A stretch of 64,000 nucleotides of DNA, taken from Mobula hypostoma. Its lineage: Eukaryota. Below are positions 49,531-61,053 of this stretch, in pieces. Where the stretch lies: positions 92,630,001 to 92,694,000 of the forward strand of contig NC_086107.1 in the NCBI RefSeq assembly GCF_963921235.1. Reading direction: 5' to 3'. The notes under the pieces are model-generated. The model searched no databases. It was not told the DNA's origin and worked only from the letters and a program-made list of their open reading frames with translations. Position 1 is the stretch's first letter. Every line of letters starts with the position of its first letter. A program made the position numbers and the translations under genes.

Positions 49531-50095
49531 ATATGTTGGAGGTACTCAACAGGTCAGGCAGCATCTATGGAAGTGAATAATCAGTTGACATTTCAGGTCG
49601 AGATCCTTCTTCGTCAGAACTGGAAAGGAAGGCAGAAGATGCCAGAATAAAAAAGTGGGGGGAGAAGGAGGACTAGCTAGAAAGTGATTGGTGAAGCCAG
49701 GTGGGTGAGAAACGCAAAAGGCTGGAGAGGAGAGTGGACCATGGGGGAAAGGGAAGAAGAGGGGCAGCAGGGGGAGGTGATAGGCAGGTGAGGAGAAGAG
49801 GTAAGATGTCAGTGGCAAAAGAGGAGGCCATGGACTGACATGTTGGGACGGGAACGGGGATGGGAATTAAAATGGATGGCCACCGGGAAATTCCACTTTG
49901 AGCAGATGGAGTGGAGGTGCTCGACAAAGTGGTCCTCCAATTTACGTTGGGTCCCACCAATGTAGAGGAGGCTGCATTGGGAGCATTGGATACAATAGAT
50001 CACCCCGACAGATTCACAGATGAAGTGTTGCCCAGCCGGGAGGGACTGCTTGGGGCCCGGAATGGAGGTGAAGGAGGAACTGAATGGACAGGTGT
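49525..50095 (-). mobile_element. PLE 3' fragment; its tip is displaced to 47673-47725
   Basis: IYCIQCSQCSLLYIGGTQRKLEDHFVEH; the terminal repeat is split at its internal acacac run. Confidence 0.85.
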
Positions 50096-51334
50096 AACAT
50101 ATCTGTCACGTCCACTATACCCTGGTATGTGTAACAACAATAAACCTGCCTACCATCTTATTTTAAGTATTGGCAGGATCGGAGTTGTGATTCCTAATCC
50201 TTAATTGGACTATTGTGTTCTGTTCTGATCACCTCATTATAGGGAGGATGTGGACACATTAGAGAAGGTGTTGAGGAGATCTGCCAGCATGTTGCCCGGA
50301 TTAGAGAGCATGTTTTATGAGGATAGGTTAAGCGAGCTAGGGTTTTTCTCTTTGGAACGAAGGATGAGAGGCGATTTGATAGAGGTGCACTGGATGACGA
50401 GAGGCACAGAGTGGACAGCCAGAGACTTTTTCCCAGGGCAGAAATGGTTAATAGAAGGGACATAATTTTGAGGTGATTGGTGGAAATGATAGGGGGATGA
50501 CAGAGGAAGGCTTTATGATTTGCTGTAGAATGTAGGCATTGGCGGTGAACCAGTCTGTATATGCCCACCCCGGCTGTCGTTGCCAACTTGGTAATGAGCC
50601 ATTTCTCTGACCTGCCGCAATTACACTGAACAGAGACGATTGTTAGTACCACCCCTATGAAGTTACATTGCCATTGCTCCTGCCTATCCATTCTGATCCC
50701 TTAACTAAACCTGAAAACTCTAACTGGATTTGGGAGACTATGGATACATTTGACCTTAGAGCATTCTCTTATATTCGAATCATAAGACCACAAGACATAC
50801 GAGCAGAATTAGTCCATTCAGCCCATTGAGTCTGCAACCCCATTCTCGTGTCTTCTCCCCATAACCTTTGACACTTTACAGTCTCCACTTTAAATATACC
50901 TAATGACTTGGCCTTCGCAGCCATCTGTGGCAATGAATTCCACAGATTCAGCATCCTCTGGTTAAATTCCACATCATCTCTGTTTTAAAGGGTTGTCCTT
51001 GTATTCTGAGGCTGGGCCCTATGGTCCTAGGCTCTCCCTCTAAAGGAAAGATCATCCCAGGTTCTTCATCAGCTTTGGGCAAGGCCAATGGTTGTGAAGA
51101 GTGAAGTACAGACACACAATTTTCTCTCTGCTTCTGACTCACCATACCAGAGATCCGGGTTCTATCCTGACCTCAGGGGCTGCACATTCTCCCTGTAACC
51201 TCGTGGGTTTTCCCCAGGTGCTCTGGTTTCCTCCCACATTCCGAAGCTGTGCAGAGTCAGCAGTTTAGTTGGCCTCTGTGAGTTGCCCATGATGTGTGGG
51301 TGAGGGGTGTAATCTGTGGTTAAAAATTAAAAGT

Positions 51335-51593
51335 CTGTCACGAGCCTTGTGGCCCATCAGGCTGGTGCTTATGCCAGTTTCTGTGGCGTGAAGCGACTGA
51401 GAGTACGAGACTCCTCCCCGGACAGGATGCCAGTCTATCTCTAAGTTAACCCCCAGCACTTTGCTAGTACCCATTGTCAGCTGGAGCATTGTGTGGTTAA
51501 GTGCCTTGCTCAAGGACACACACGCTGCCCCGGCCAAGGCTCAAACCCATGACCTTCAGATTGCTGGTCCAATGCCCTAACCGTTTGGCCATG
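51335..51593 (-). mobile_element. tRNA-headed SINE (tgtgtccttgagcaaggcacttaac core), body type A
   Basis: A/B-box head tggccaaacggttagg...gggtttgagcc on the minus strand. Confidence 0.7.
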
Positions 51594-51984
51594 TGGAGGG
51601 GGGAGTGAATTGATGGGGGTGTGGGGAGCAGAGAAACTGTGATTAATGTACGATTGGTGTAAGTGGGCAGTATGGATTCTGAGGGCGGAAGGGCCAGATT
51701 CTGTGCAGTATCTCCCTTCAATTCTCTGTGCAAGGGGCTGGTCTTTCGGAGTAGCTGCTTGCAGAGAAGAGAACCACAAGGCAGAGGCAAGAGAAGGCAA
51801 AGTGGTGCAGCACATGCCACGACCTCACCACTCCAGGGACACAGGTTTATAGAACATAGATCACTACAGTGCAGGCCCTTCTGCCCACAATACTTTTGCT
51901 GACCTTTTAATCTACTCCAAGATCAATCTAACCCTTCCCTCCAACATACTGTAGCCTCCCGTTTTTCTATCATCCATGTGACTA

Positions 51985-52299
51985 ACTTATATATGGGCTT
52001 CCGTGAATCTCATGAGACCATGGATTTGCGTCTTGGAAAGTTTCCAGGGCGCAGGCCTGGGCAGGGTTGTATGGAAGACCAGCAGTTGCCCATGCTGCAA
52101 GTCTCCCCTCTCCACGCCACTGATGTTGTCCAAGGGAAGGGTATTAGGACCCATACAGCTTAGCACCAATGTCGTCACAGAAGCAATGTGTGGTTAAGTG
52201 CCTTGCTCAAGGACACACACGTTGCCTCAGCCAAGGCTCGAACTAGCGACCTTCAGATCACTGGACGAACGCCTTAACCACCTGGCCACGTGCCAACAC
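51985..52299 (-). mobile_element. tRNA-headed SINE, same head/core, body type B, nested in a CR1 3' end
   Basis: Head tggccaggtggttaagg...agttcgagcc; TSD tgtgacta (51977-51984) / tgtgccta (52300-52307). Confidence 0.75.
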
Positions 52300-53559
52300 T
52301 GTGCCTATCTAAGAGTCTGTTAAATGTTCCTAATATATCTGTGTCTACCACCACCCCTGGCAGGGTATTCCATGTGCTCACCAACCTGTGTAAAAGAAAT
52401 ACGTTCAATCCTAACCTCGGGCATGGAGTTTGCACGTTCTCCCAGTCACCATGTGAATTTCCTTTGGATGCTCTGGTTTCCTGCCACATCCCAGAACTTT
52501 TGCATACTGTTAGGTTCATTGTCTTTAGTGTGTTCGTGGCAGGTAGAATGTGGGGAATTCTATTATGCATTGGGTTGGGTTAAAATCAGTTCTGTTTTCC
52601 TGGTTTTAAGTATAAATGTTTAGAGTGACTATATTCTGAGAGCACATTTGTCTAAATGGGTTTGTCTATCTACTTTCTAAGTTAACACTGGCAGAACAGA
52701 TATTGATTCACAAAATAAAAAATATTAAAATAAATAAATCAATCAATAGGTTTCAATAGGTACATTTAATATCAGAGAAATGTAGACAATATACATCCTG
52801 AAATTCTTTTTCTTCACAAACATCCATGAAAACAGGGGAGTGCCCCAAACAATGAATGACAGTTAAATGTTAGAATCCCAAACTCCCCCTCCCACGCACA
52901 AGTAGCAGCAGGGCAATGACCCCCTCTCCCCCCACCAGCACTCAGGCATGCAACAAAGCATCGATAAAGACACAGACTTGCAGTACCCCAAAGACTACTC
53001 GTTCACCCGGTATTAGACACACAACAGGCTCTCCCTCTCCTTAATAAGAGAAAACGAGGTGTCCCCATTTCACAGCGAGAGGAGAGACATAACAAACAAC
53101 TCATTGATTTATGTTCGAAGTCTGTTGCATCTCTTAAGTTTGAAGAGAATATGGATTGAACAACATGGCTTTTGTCTAGGATTCATGTAAATGTGTGCTG
53201 ATGCTTGTCCTTTGTCAAGAGAGATGTGCTTCTGTGCAGTGTGACTCTGTGAGTCTCACAGAGCAATTCACCATCCCGTTCTCCCTCAGTACCCCTCATT
53301 CTCCCTCATATACCCCTCGATTCCCTCAGTGCCCCTCATTTTCCCTCATATGCCCCTCAACTCCTTTAGGTTCATCTACTACCTACACTAAAGAATGATT
53401 ATCCTACTAGAACATCCTTGGGATGTAAAGCGGCCATTCTTCCTTTGAACCTTGTGGCCAAAATGTTACGTAGGTGCAGACAAAAATGACAACGGAGTAG
53501 TATGATTGAACGTTTTTACTGAGCTGTCTTAGTAATGGAACACAATGCACAGCTTACAG

Positions 53560-54670
53560 AACATCTGTCCTGGGACCAGCTCATAACTGCCATCACAAAG
53601 GCAGCACAACAGTGTTCGTAGAAGTTTGCGCAGATTAGGCATGTCACTAAAAACTTTGACAAACTTCTATAGACGCGCAGTGCAGAGTATCCTGACTGCT
53701 TGCATCATAGCCTGGGATGGAAGCACCGATGCCCAGGAATCGAAAAGCCTACAGTAAATGGTAGATGAAGCCCTGTCCATCACAGGCAACGCCCTCCCCA
53801 TCAGTGAGTACATTTACATCGAGTGCTACCACAAGAAAGCAGCATCCATTGTCCAGGACCCTGATCATCCAGTCTATGCTCTCTTCTTGCTACTACCAGA
53901 ATCGAAATCCTTTATTATCGCCAAGTCTGTGGACACATACAGGGAATTCGATGTCGGTTTCCCTGAGCTCTCGCTGTACAGAATCAAAAAGCAAACAAAA
54001 CAATAGCGCAAATAATCGTGAACTATATACAATGAGGTATACCTGTGTATGTACAGGTGGACTTGGTTTATAATAGACTAAAATTCAAGTTTTCATAAGA
54101 CTGATGGCATTCAGAAAGAAACTGTTCTTGTACCTATTTGTCCTGGCATACAGTGATCTAAAGCACCTCCCAGAAGGAAGGAGTAGGAACAGGTGATGTC
54201 CAGGGTGTGATGGGTCTACAATGATGCTGCTTGCTCATATAAGTCCTGGATCGAGGGCAGCTTCACACCAATAATCCTCTCCGCAGCCCTGACGGTTCTT
54301 TGGAGTCTATTCTTGTCTTGTTTGGTAGCTGATCCAAACCAGACAGTGATGGACACCATTGGACAGGAGGTGCAGAAGGCACCATAGGTCTTACACCACC
54401 AGGTTCAGAAGCAGTTATTACTCTATAACCACCAGTCTCCTGAACCGACACAGATAATCTCATTCACCACAAAGCCGAACTGATCCTATGACATACTTCC
54501 AAAGACTCTGCAACTTACGTTCTCAGTGTTCTTTTTTATTTGCACAAATTATCTCCTTTTGCACATTAATTGTTTGTCAGTTTGTGCTTATGTATAGTTT
54601 TTCATAAATTCTGTTGTATTCACTTTCCTGTAAATGCCTACAAGAAACAAATTTTATTTTGACTTTGACT
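53560..54670 (+). mobile_element. Rex1/Babar-like LINE 3' part, split by an antisense relative (about 53900-54365)
   Basis: KKAASIVQDPDHP; resumes at caggaggtgcagaagg; tail ends ttttgactttgact next to exon 4. Confidence 0.78.
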
Positions 54671-54673
54671 AAC
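54666..54673 (+). promoter_or_regulatory. Probable branch point (TGACTAAC) for the 23.3-kb intron 3
   Basis: Near-consensus motif with the branch A about 25 nt upstream of exon 4. Confidence 0.7.
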
Positions 54674-54696
54674 CAAGGGCAATCCTCTTCCTTCAG

Positions 54697-54817
54697 GAGA
54701 AGGCCGACCTAGGTGAGATCAACTTCTCTCTGTGCTACCTGCCAACAGCCGGGCGACTCACCATCACCATCATCAAAGCCACCAACCTCAAGGCAATGGA
54801 TTTAACCGGATTTTCAG
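54697..54817 (+). CDS. SYT3: Synaptotagmin-3 coding exon 4 (start of C2B); absent from the ORF track
   Basis: Acceptor cctcttccttcag|GAG; hand translation [40 protein letters not shown]; donor CAG|GTAGTT; 121 nt, phase 1. Confidence 0.95.
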
Positions 54818-55009
54818 GTAGTTTCACCAGATAAGCTTACCTGCTCTCCTTTCAGCCGAGGCAGTTACACACTCTGACCCCACTTCGGTTCACTCACACT
54901 GCTCCATCCCACCCCCACACAATAATAGAGCGCTGATGTAATCTATCACACGCCTGTCTCCACGTGAAGGAGGGAGGTGGGAGAAGCCCGACTATAGCCT
55001 TGTCTTCCT

Positions 55010-55580
55010 CCACGACGAGGCCACTCTCAGGTTGAAGGAACAACACCTCGTATTCCATCTGGGTAGCCTCCAACCTGACTGCGTGAACATTGATTTCTCT
55101 AACTTCCAGTAATATCTCCCCCATCCCACCTCCATCTCTCTTTTTCCATTCTCCATTCTGGTTACCCTCTCACCCCTTCTCCTCTCCTCCCCTGCCCATC
55201 ACCACCCCTCCTCCTTCACTAACTCCCATAGTTTACTGTCCTCTCCTATTAGATTCCTTCTTCAGCCCTTGACCTCTTCCACCTATCACCTCCCAGCTTC
55301 TGACTTCCCACCCACCTTTACCCTTCTATCCCTCAGCTTCTGACTTCCCACCCACTTTTACCCTTCTACCCCTCAGCTTCTGACTTCCCACCCACACACC
55401 TTACCCCTCACCAGGTCTCACCTGCCAGCCTGTACCCCTTCCTCTCCCCTCCCCCACCTTCTTACTTTGGATTGTTCCCTCTTCCTTTCCACTCCTGACG
55501 AAGGGTTTTGGCCCAAAGCATCAGTCCTCCACAGATGCTTCCTGGTCTGCTGAGTTCCTCCAGCAATTTTCATGTGCTGC
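55010..55580 (+). mobile_element. PLE 3' fragment filling most of intron 4, with an internal 40-bp x3 duplication (about 55294-55413)
   Basis: GIY-YIG tail, cagcttctgacttcccacccac at 55294/55334/55374, decayed hammerhead at 55495. Confidence 0.82.
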
Positions 55581-55771
55581 TTGGGGCGATAACTCCTGGC
55601 TGGTTTCTGTGTACTGCTTCTCCCTGCGTAGGGTGCCGAGGCCAATTACAGCAGGGGTCGGTGGGGGTGGGACTGGTCTCTGCGAATATTGGGGTGAGTG
55701 AATCAATGGGCTCAAGGCTTTGGCGTACCTCAGCCCGAGAGATGTCCCAGCAGCCTGCTCTCCTCCTGCAG

Positions 55772-55943
55772 ATCCCTACGTGAAAGCCTCGCTGATATGC
55801 GAAGGGAGGCGGCTGAAGAAGCGGAAGACATCGATAAAGAAGAACACGCTGAACCCGGTGTACAATGAGGCGCTGGTCTTCGACATTCCCAATGAGAACA
55901 TGGATCATGTCAACGTGATCATCGCCGTCATGGACTATGATTG
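55772..55943 (+). CDS. SYT3: Synaptotagmin-3 coding exon 5 (C2B polybasic region); gene continues beyond the window
   Basis: Acceptor ctctcctcctgcag|AT; (D)[56 protein letters not shown](C); donor TG|GTGAGA; 172 nt, phase 2. The expected next exon (IGHNEVIG...) was not seen before 64000. Confidence 0.95.
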
Positions 55944-57679
55944 GTGAGAACCCCACTGGGCAAGCGATTCCAGTTTGTTATCTCCTGTGGTGTCTGAGAT
56001 AAGATTGACTCTTAAAGTCCATGTGTGCATAGGGTTAATAGCGTGTGTACGTGTGTGACGTACATCTGTGCGTGTTTGGCAAACATATGTGTAAAAATTA
56101 GCTTTAGTTGTCAGGGATGTCAAAACATATAGTGAAATGCGTCGCTTAAATCATTGTTTGTCACATGCTTGCGAGCGTTGTCATGCTTCCAGTGCCAACA
56201 TAGCGTGCCCACAAGTCACTAACCCTAATTCGTACATTTTTTTTGGAGTGTGGGAGGAAACTGGAGCACGTTCACATGGAGAACGTACAAACAGCGGCCA
56301 GAATTGAACCCCCGATCACTGACATTGCAGTAGTATTACCCTGACCATTATGCTATGTGCCGCCTGTAGATGTAGGAGTGTTTCTGTGCAATTGGTAGTA
56401 CATCCGTGTGTGGATATGTTTGTGACAGCGTGTGTCCCACACATACTAACTCTTCCCCCCCCCCCCCAGGCACAGTCCTGCGCACGCTGACTCTCCCTCA
56501 ATTCTCATTCGAGAGGCGACAGGTCTAAAGGCGCGACACTGCCAGTAGAATCCAGAGTTTAGTGCGCAAGCCTCTGTCAGCGAGATCAAAGCCTCGACCT
56601 TCTGGCTTAGATATGAACACGCAGTGCGCTAAGAGGCCTGTGGTCGAATGAGTTCCTCCCCATCCAGAATGTGTGGCGCCACCTACAGGCTGCCACCAGC
56701 ACATTCTTGGGTCCGTTGGTTCTTAACGCAAACGATGCATTTCACTGTATGTTTCGATGTACTTGTGATAAGTAAATTAGTCTGAATATGAATCCTCATT
56801 TTCATCAGCTGCTCCGAGTTAAAATTCGGCCTCAGTTTGAGGAGACAATGTCCTATCTGAACACTGTGTAACTGGCTACAATGGGCCATTTGATCTAGTC
56901 TCTGGGAACATGGGTGTTGCAATGTAATCAGGTGAATATGTGAGAAAGGGTGGTCAGCAAACCCAGTCAGTCTGATCTGCACACTTCCATATTAACCCTT
57001 CCCTTCCCAGAGCCACACTGATCGGTCGTTTCATCACCTACCTACCATCCAGCGCAGTCTGTACTCTCAATGGCCAGGTCAGTGGGGAGAGGCCATTTAC
57101 CCCCTTTCAGAGCCATGCTACCCCTCTATGAGGCAGATTTTAATGTTATCAACTGCAGCTCTTATAGGGAGCAAGACCGATGCCTGGATAAGTAGTGATG
57201 GTGAGTGTAGGGATTTGACTGAACTTTTTCTCATAACGTATAGCGGGTCAACAATGATTTATTGAAGGTGGTGGAGATTCTGCAGTTGCTGGAAATCTTG
57301 AGCAACACAGACAGAATACTGAAGGAACACAGTAGGTCAAGCAGCATATATGGAAGGGAGTGAACAGTCAATGTTTGAGGTCCAGTCCCTTCAGCAAGCG
57401 TGGGAAGAGATGAATAGATCAGGAGAAGAAAGATCCTTTTTGATAAAAACCGGACATCCCAATGAAGTTTTATATGATATGTTCAAGTTCACTGTCATTC
57501 AACTGTATAGATAAACGAAACGATGTTCCTGTGGGACCAAGGTGCAAAACACAGTATGTATATCGCATACAGTACATAAAATAATTTTAGCACAATAATA
57601 TTAAGAAATAATAAAGTAAGTGTTTTGCAGATGTACAAGTTGACATGAAGTGCATATATGACATATTGTTAAATAGAAG

Positions 57680-58820
57680 GTTCAAAGTTCAAAAGTTCAA
57701 GGTGAAATTTATTATCAGAGTACATACACATCACCACATACAACCCTGACACTCTTTTACTGCAGACATGCTCAGTAAATCCATAGGATAGTAACTGTAA
57801 ACAGGATCAATGAAAGAGCAAGAGCTTAGAATACAACAAACTGTGCAAATGCAAATATAAATAAATAGCAATAAATAACGAGAGCATGAAATAACAAGAT
57901 AAAGAGCCCTTAAAGTGAGATCATTGGTTGAGAGGGTATCTCAGTAGTTATCCTCTTTTGTTCAAGAACCTGATGGTTGAGGGATAGTAACTGTTCCTGA
58001 ACCTGATGGTGCCGGTCCTGAGGCTCTTGTACCTGCTACCTGATGGCAGCAGTTAGAAAAGAGCATAGCCTGGGTAGTGAGGATCTCTGATGATGGATGC
58101 TGCTTTCCTATGGCAACATTTCATGTAGATATGCTGAATAGTTGGGAGGGCTTTTACCAAGATAGACAGGGCCGAATCCACTATCTTTTGTAGGATTTTC
58201 CACTCGAAGGCATTGGTGTTTCCAAACCAGGTTGTAATGCAACCAGTCAAGACACTTTCCACTACATACATATAGAAGTTTATCAAGGTTTTCGCTGACA
58301 TGCCGAATCTCCTCAGAGTCCTAAGTCAGTCGAGGCACAGTTGTGCTTTCTTTGCAATTACATTTTTATGATGGGCCCAGGACATGTCCTCTGAGATAGT
58401 GACACCCAGGAATTTAAAGTTGCCAACCCTCTTCACCTCTGATCCTGCGATATATTATTGTACAACAACATAATGCTACCGGCACTGTCGTTCTGTGTGT
58501 AGTGTGTTCTGGGTAGTAGCACGGTGCTCAGAAATTTCAGCCAGAAGGGAGAAGCTGTTACCCAGTCTGGCAATCCTTGTTCTTATACTACGCTGCCTTC
58601 TTCCTGACGGTAGCAGGTCAAAGAGATTAAGGGACGGGTGGGAGGGGTATCTCACAATGCTGAGGAATCTGCGAATCCAGTGCTTTGGTGTATATCTTGA
58701 TGGTGGGAGTTGGGGGGGATAGAGAGAGACCCCAGAGATTCTCTCAGCACTCCTGACAATCCATTGCGGCGTCTTGCAGTCAGATGCCTTGAAACTCCAA
58801 TACCTAATGTTGGTCAGCAC
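57680..58820 (-). mobile_element. Rex1/Babar-like LINE fragments
   Basis: KTLINFYMYVVESVLTGCITTWFG; LFDLLPSGRR. Confidence 0.8.
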
Positions 58821-59144
58821 ACACTCAGTGGTTCTCTGGTAGAACGTGATTACAATGGGGACTGCGAGTTGCCAATATAGGGACTTGGGGAATTGCTAAC
58901 ATAGTTGCCACTTTACACATAGCAGAATTCCACTGGAAGCAAAGATAAAGTAATTCCTTTTCTATTGACATTGATTGAAGACTTACTGTTGCCTGTGATT
59001 CTTTGAAGTAGTAACATTGAATTTCACCTACGATTGGAGGCAGTGACAATGAGATTTGCCCGTGCAGAGGCTCTCTTGATACCTCGCCAGTAAGTCAGAT
59101 TGGATTCTATCCTTAAGTCACAACTTCCCAGCTTAAAACAAGAT

Positions 59145-59612
59145 GCATTGGAGAGGGTCCGGGGAAGGTTCATGAGGATGATCCTTGGAATGAAAGGGTT
59201 AGGAGCATTTGATGGCTCTGGGCCTGTACTCACTAGAGTTTAGAAGAATGAGGGGGAATCTCATAGAAACCTATCAAATATTGAAAGGCCGAGGCAAAGT
59301 GGACATGAAGAGGATATTTTCTACAGTGGGAGTGTCCAGAAGCAGAGGGCTCAACTTTGGAATATTGCATCCCATTAGAACAGAAATGGAGAGGAATTTC
59401 TTTAGCCAGAGGGTGATGAATCTGTGGAATTCATTGCCACAGAAAGCTAAGGAGGTGAAGTCATTGGATATACTTGAAGGTTGATAGCTTCTTGATCAGT
59501 AAGGCCATTGAAGGTTATGGGGAGAAGGCAGGACAGGGATAAAAATCAGCCATGATGGAATGGCGGAGCGCACTTGATGGGCCAGATGACCTAATTTTGC
59601 TCCCACATCTTA
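59145..59612 (+). mobile_element. CR1 LINE 3' fragment
   Basis: LGLYSLEFRRMRGNLIETYQILKG. Confidence 0.85.
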
Positions 59613-60533
59613 CATTCTAAGATCAGTAAACAGCGTCATAGCGTACAGCTCTTTAGTGAAAGGGGGAGTATGTCAGGCAGCATGCGCTCAGACCCATGGC
59701 TGTGCAGTGGAAGCTCCGTGTGCGGAGCTCAAAGTTCAAAGTAAATTTATTACCAAAGTACATAGATTCATATTATTGCAGATGTTCACTGAAATACAAT
59801 AGAACCAATGAAAAACTACACACAAAGAGAGACTGACAAACAACCGATGTGCAAAAGAAGGCAAACTGTGTTAATACAAATAAAAATAAACAAATAATAC
59901 TAGGAACATCCATTGTTTGCTCCTTGAAAGTGCTGTGCATAAATCCAGGGCAAAGGTCAGGGACCACACGATGTTCTGGTCCTTTCACAGACTTTAAAAG
60001 CAACTCCAATTCAATGTGAGGTTGGAGATAATAAAAAGAGAGAGATCTGTAGGCTCTACTTTGTATTTTCTGCAGTGTCTCCTTTCTAATCCCGGCCACC
60101 AGTTACAGGTAGCTTTTCGCCTTTTGTGAGGTTGCTATCTTTGGGCTGTGTGCTCCATTTATTATTGGTATGTAGCCATTAGCTGGAACTGTCTGGTCTA
60201 CACATAATTACAGAATTCTTAGTGTAAAGTAAGATCTCCTTGCAATATCATTGTGTGTGGTTGGCACAACAGTGCAGTAGCTTTACATTCGAGGTTCAAT
60301 TCTTGCGGCTGTCTGTGAGGACTTTGTACGTTCTCCCAGCGACCGTGTGGGTTTCCTTCAGGTACTCCAGTTTCCTCCCACAGTCCAAAGGTGCTCAGGA
60401 TGGGGTTCATGAGTTGGGGACATGTTATGTTGTTGCTGGAAGTGTGGCGATACTTGTGGGCTGCCTTCACCCCATCCTCGGACTGTGTAGGCTGTTGATG
60501 TAATTTTCTCTTTTTATTGTATGCTTTGATGTG

Positions 60534-61053
60534 CAGTACTAGACGCATATATATAGAGCTGGGGGGCCTAAGACTTTTGCACAGTACTGTATTTGGCGAT
60601 GTGGAGCAGAGAGCAAGTTTGTAAATCTGGCAGGAGCAAAGGGCGCTGGGAATGGTGAGGGTGGAGTGACACGGGAAGCAGCGTGGGACAGGTGGCAGCG
60701 AATGAGTGCCAGGGACAGGGGGCGGTGTGGATGTAGACACACCCAGCACTGAAACACCAGGCAAGGTTATTTGGTTCGAAACAATTGGTTGATTGATCAT
60801 TACAGAATGTCTCTCTGGTGCTTCCCGCTCCCTCCCCTCTCCCTTCCACTTTTCCCAACCGTGGCTCCCCTCTCTCAGTCCACAATAGAGACCCGTATCA
60901 GAAACAGGTTTATCATCACTTGCATATGTTATTAAATTTGCTTTCTTATGTCAGTAGTACAGTACGATACATAAAATTACTACAGCACTGTACAAAAGTC
61001 TAAGTACCCTAGCTTTATACAGTATCTGTGCCTCAGAGTTTTGCTCAGTTCTG
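60534..61053. mobile_element. Two inverted mini-MITEs (60534-60589, 60983-61053) flanking about 390 bp; candidate composite transposon
   Basis: TIRs are of the cagtactgtgcaaaagtcttagg family seen at 33131-33543; the host SINE tail is split at gatgt|tacatgtgac. Confidence 0.65.

Noticed and set aside
52230..52295. tRNA gene
   Set aside because: tRNA-like SINE head continuing into a SINE body, with a TSD.
670..55943. Assignment to SYT6, SYT9 or SYT10
   Set aside because: MSGD start, [48 protein letters not shown] and [17 protein letters not shown] match SYT3 specifically.
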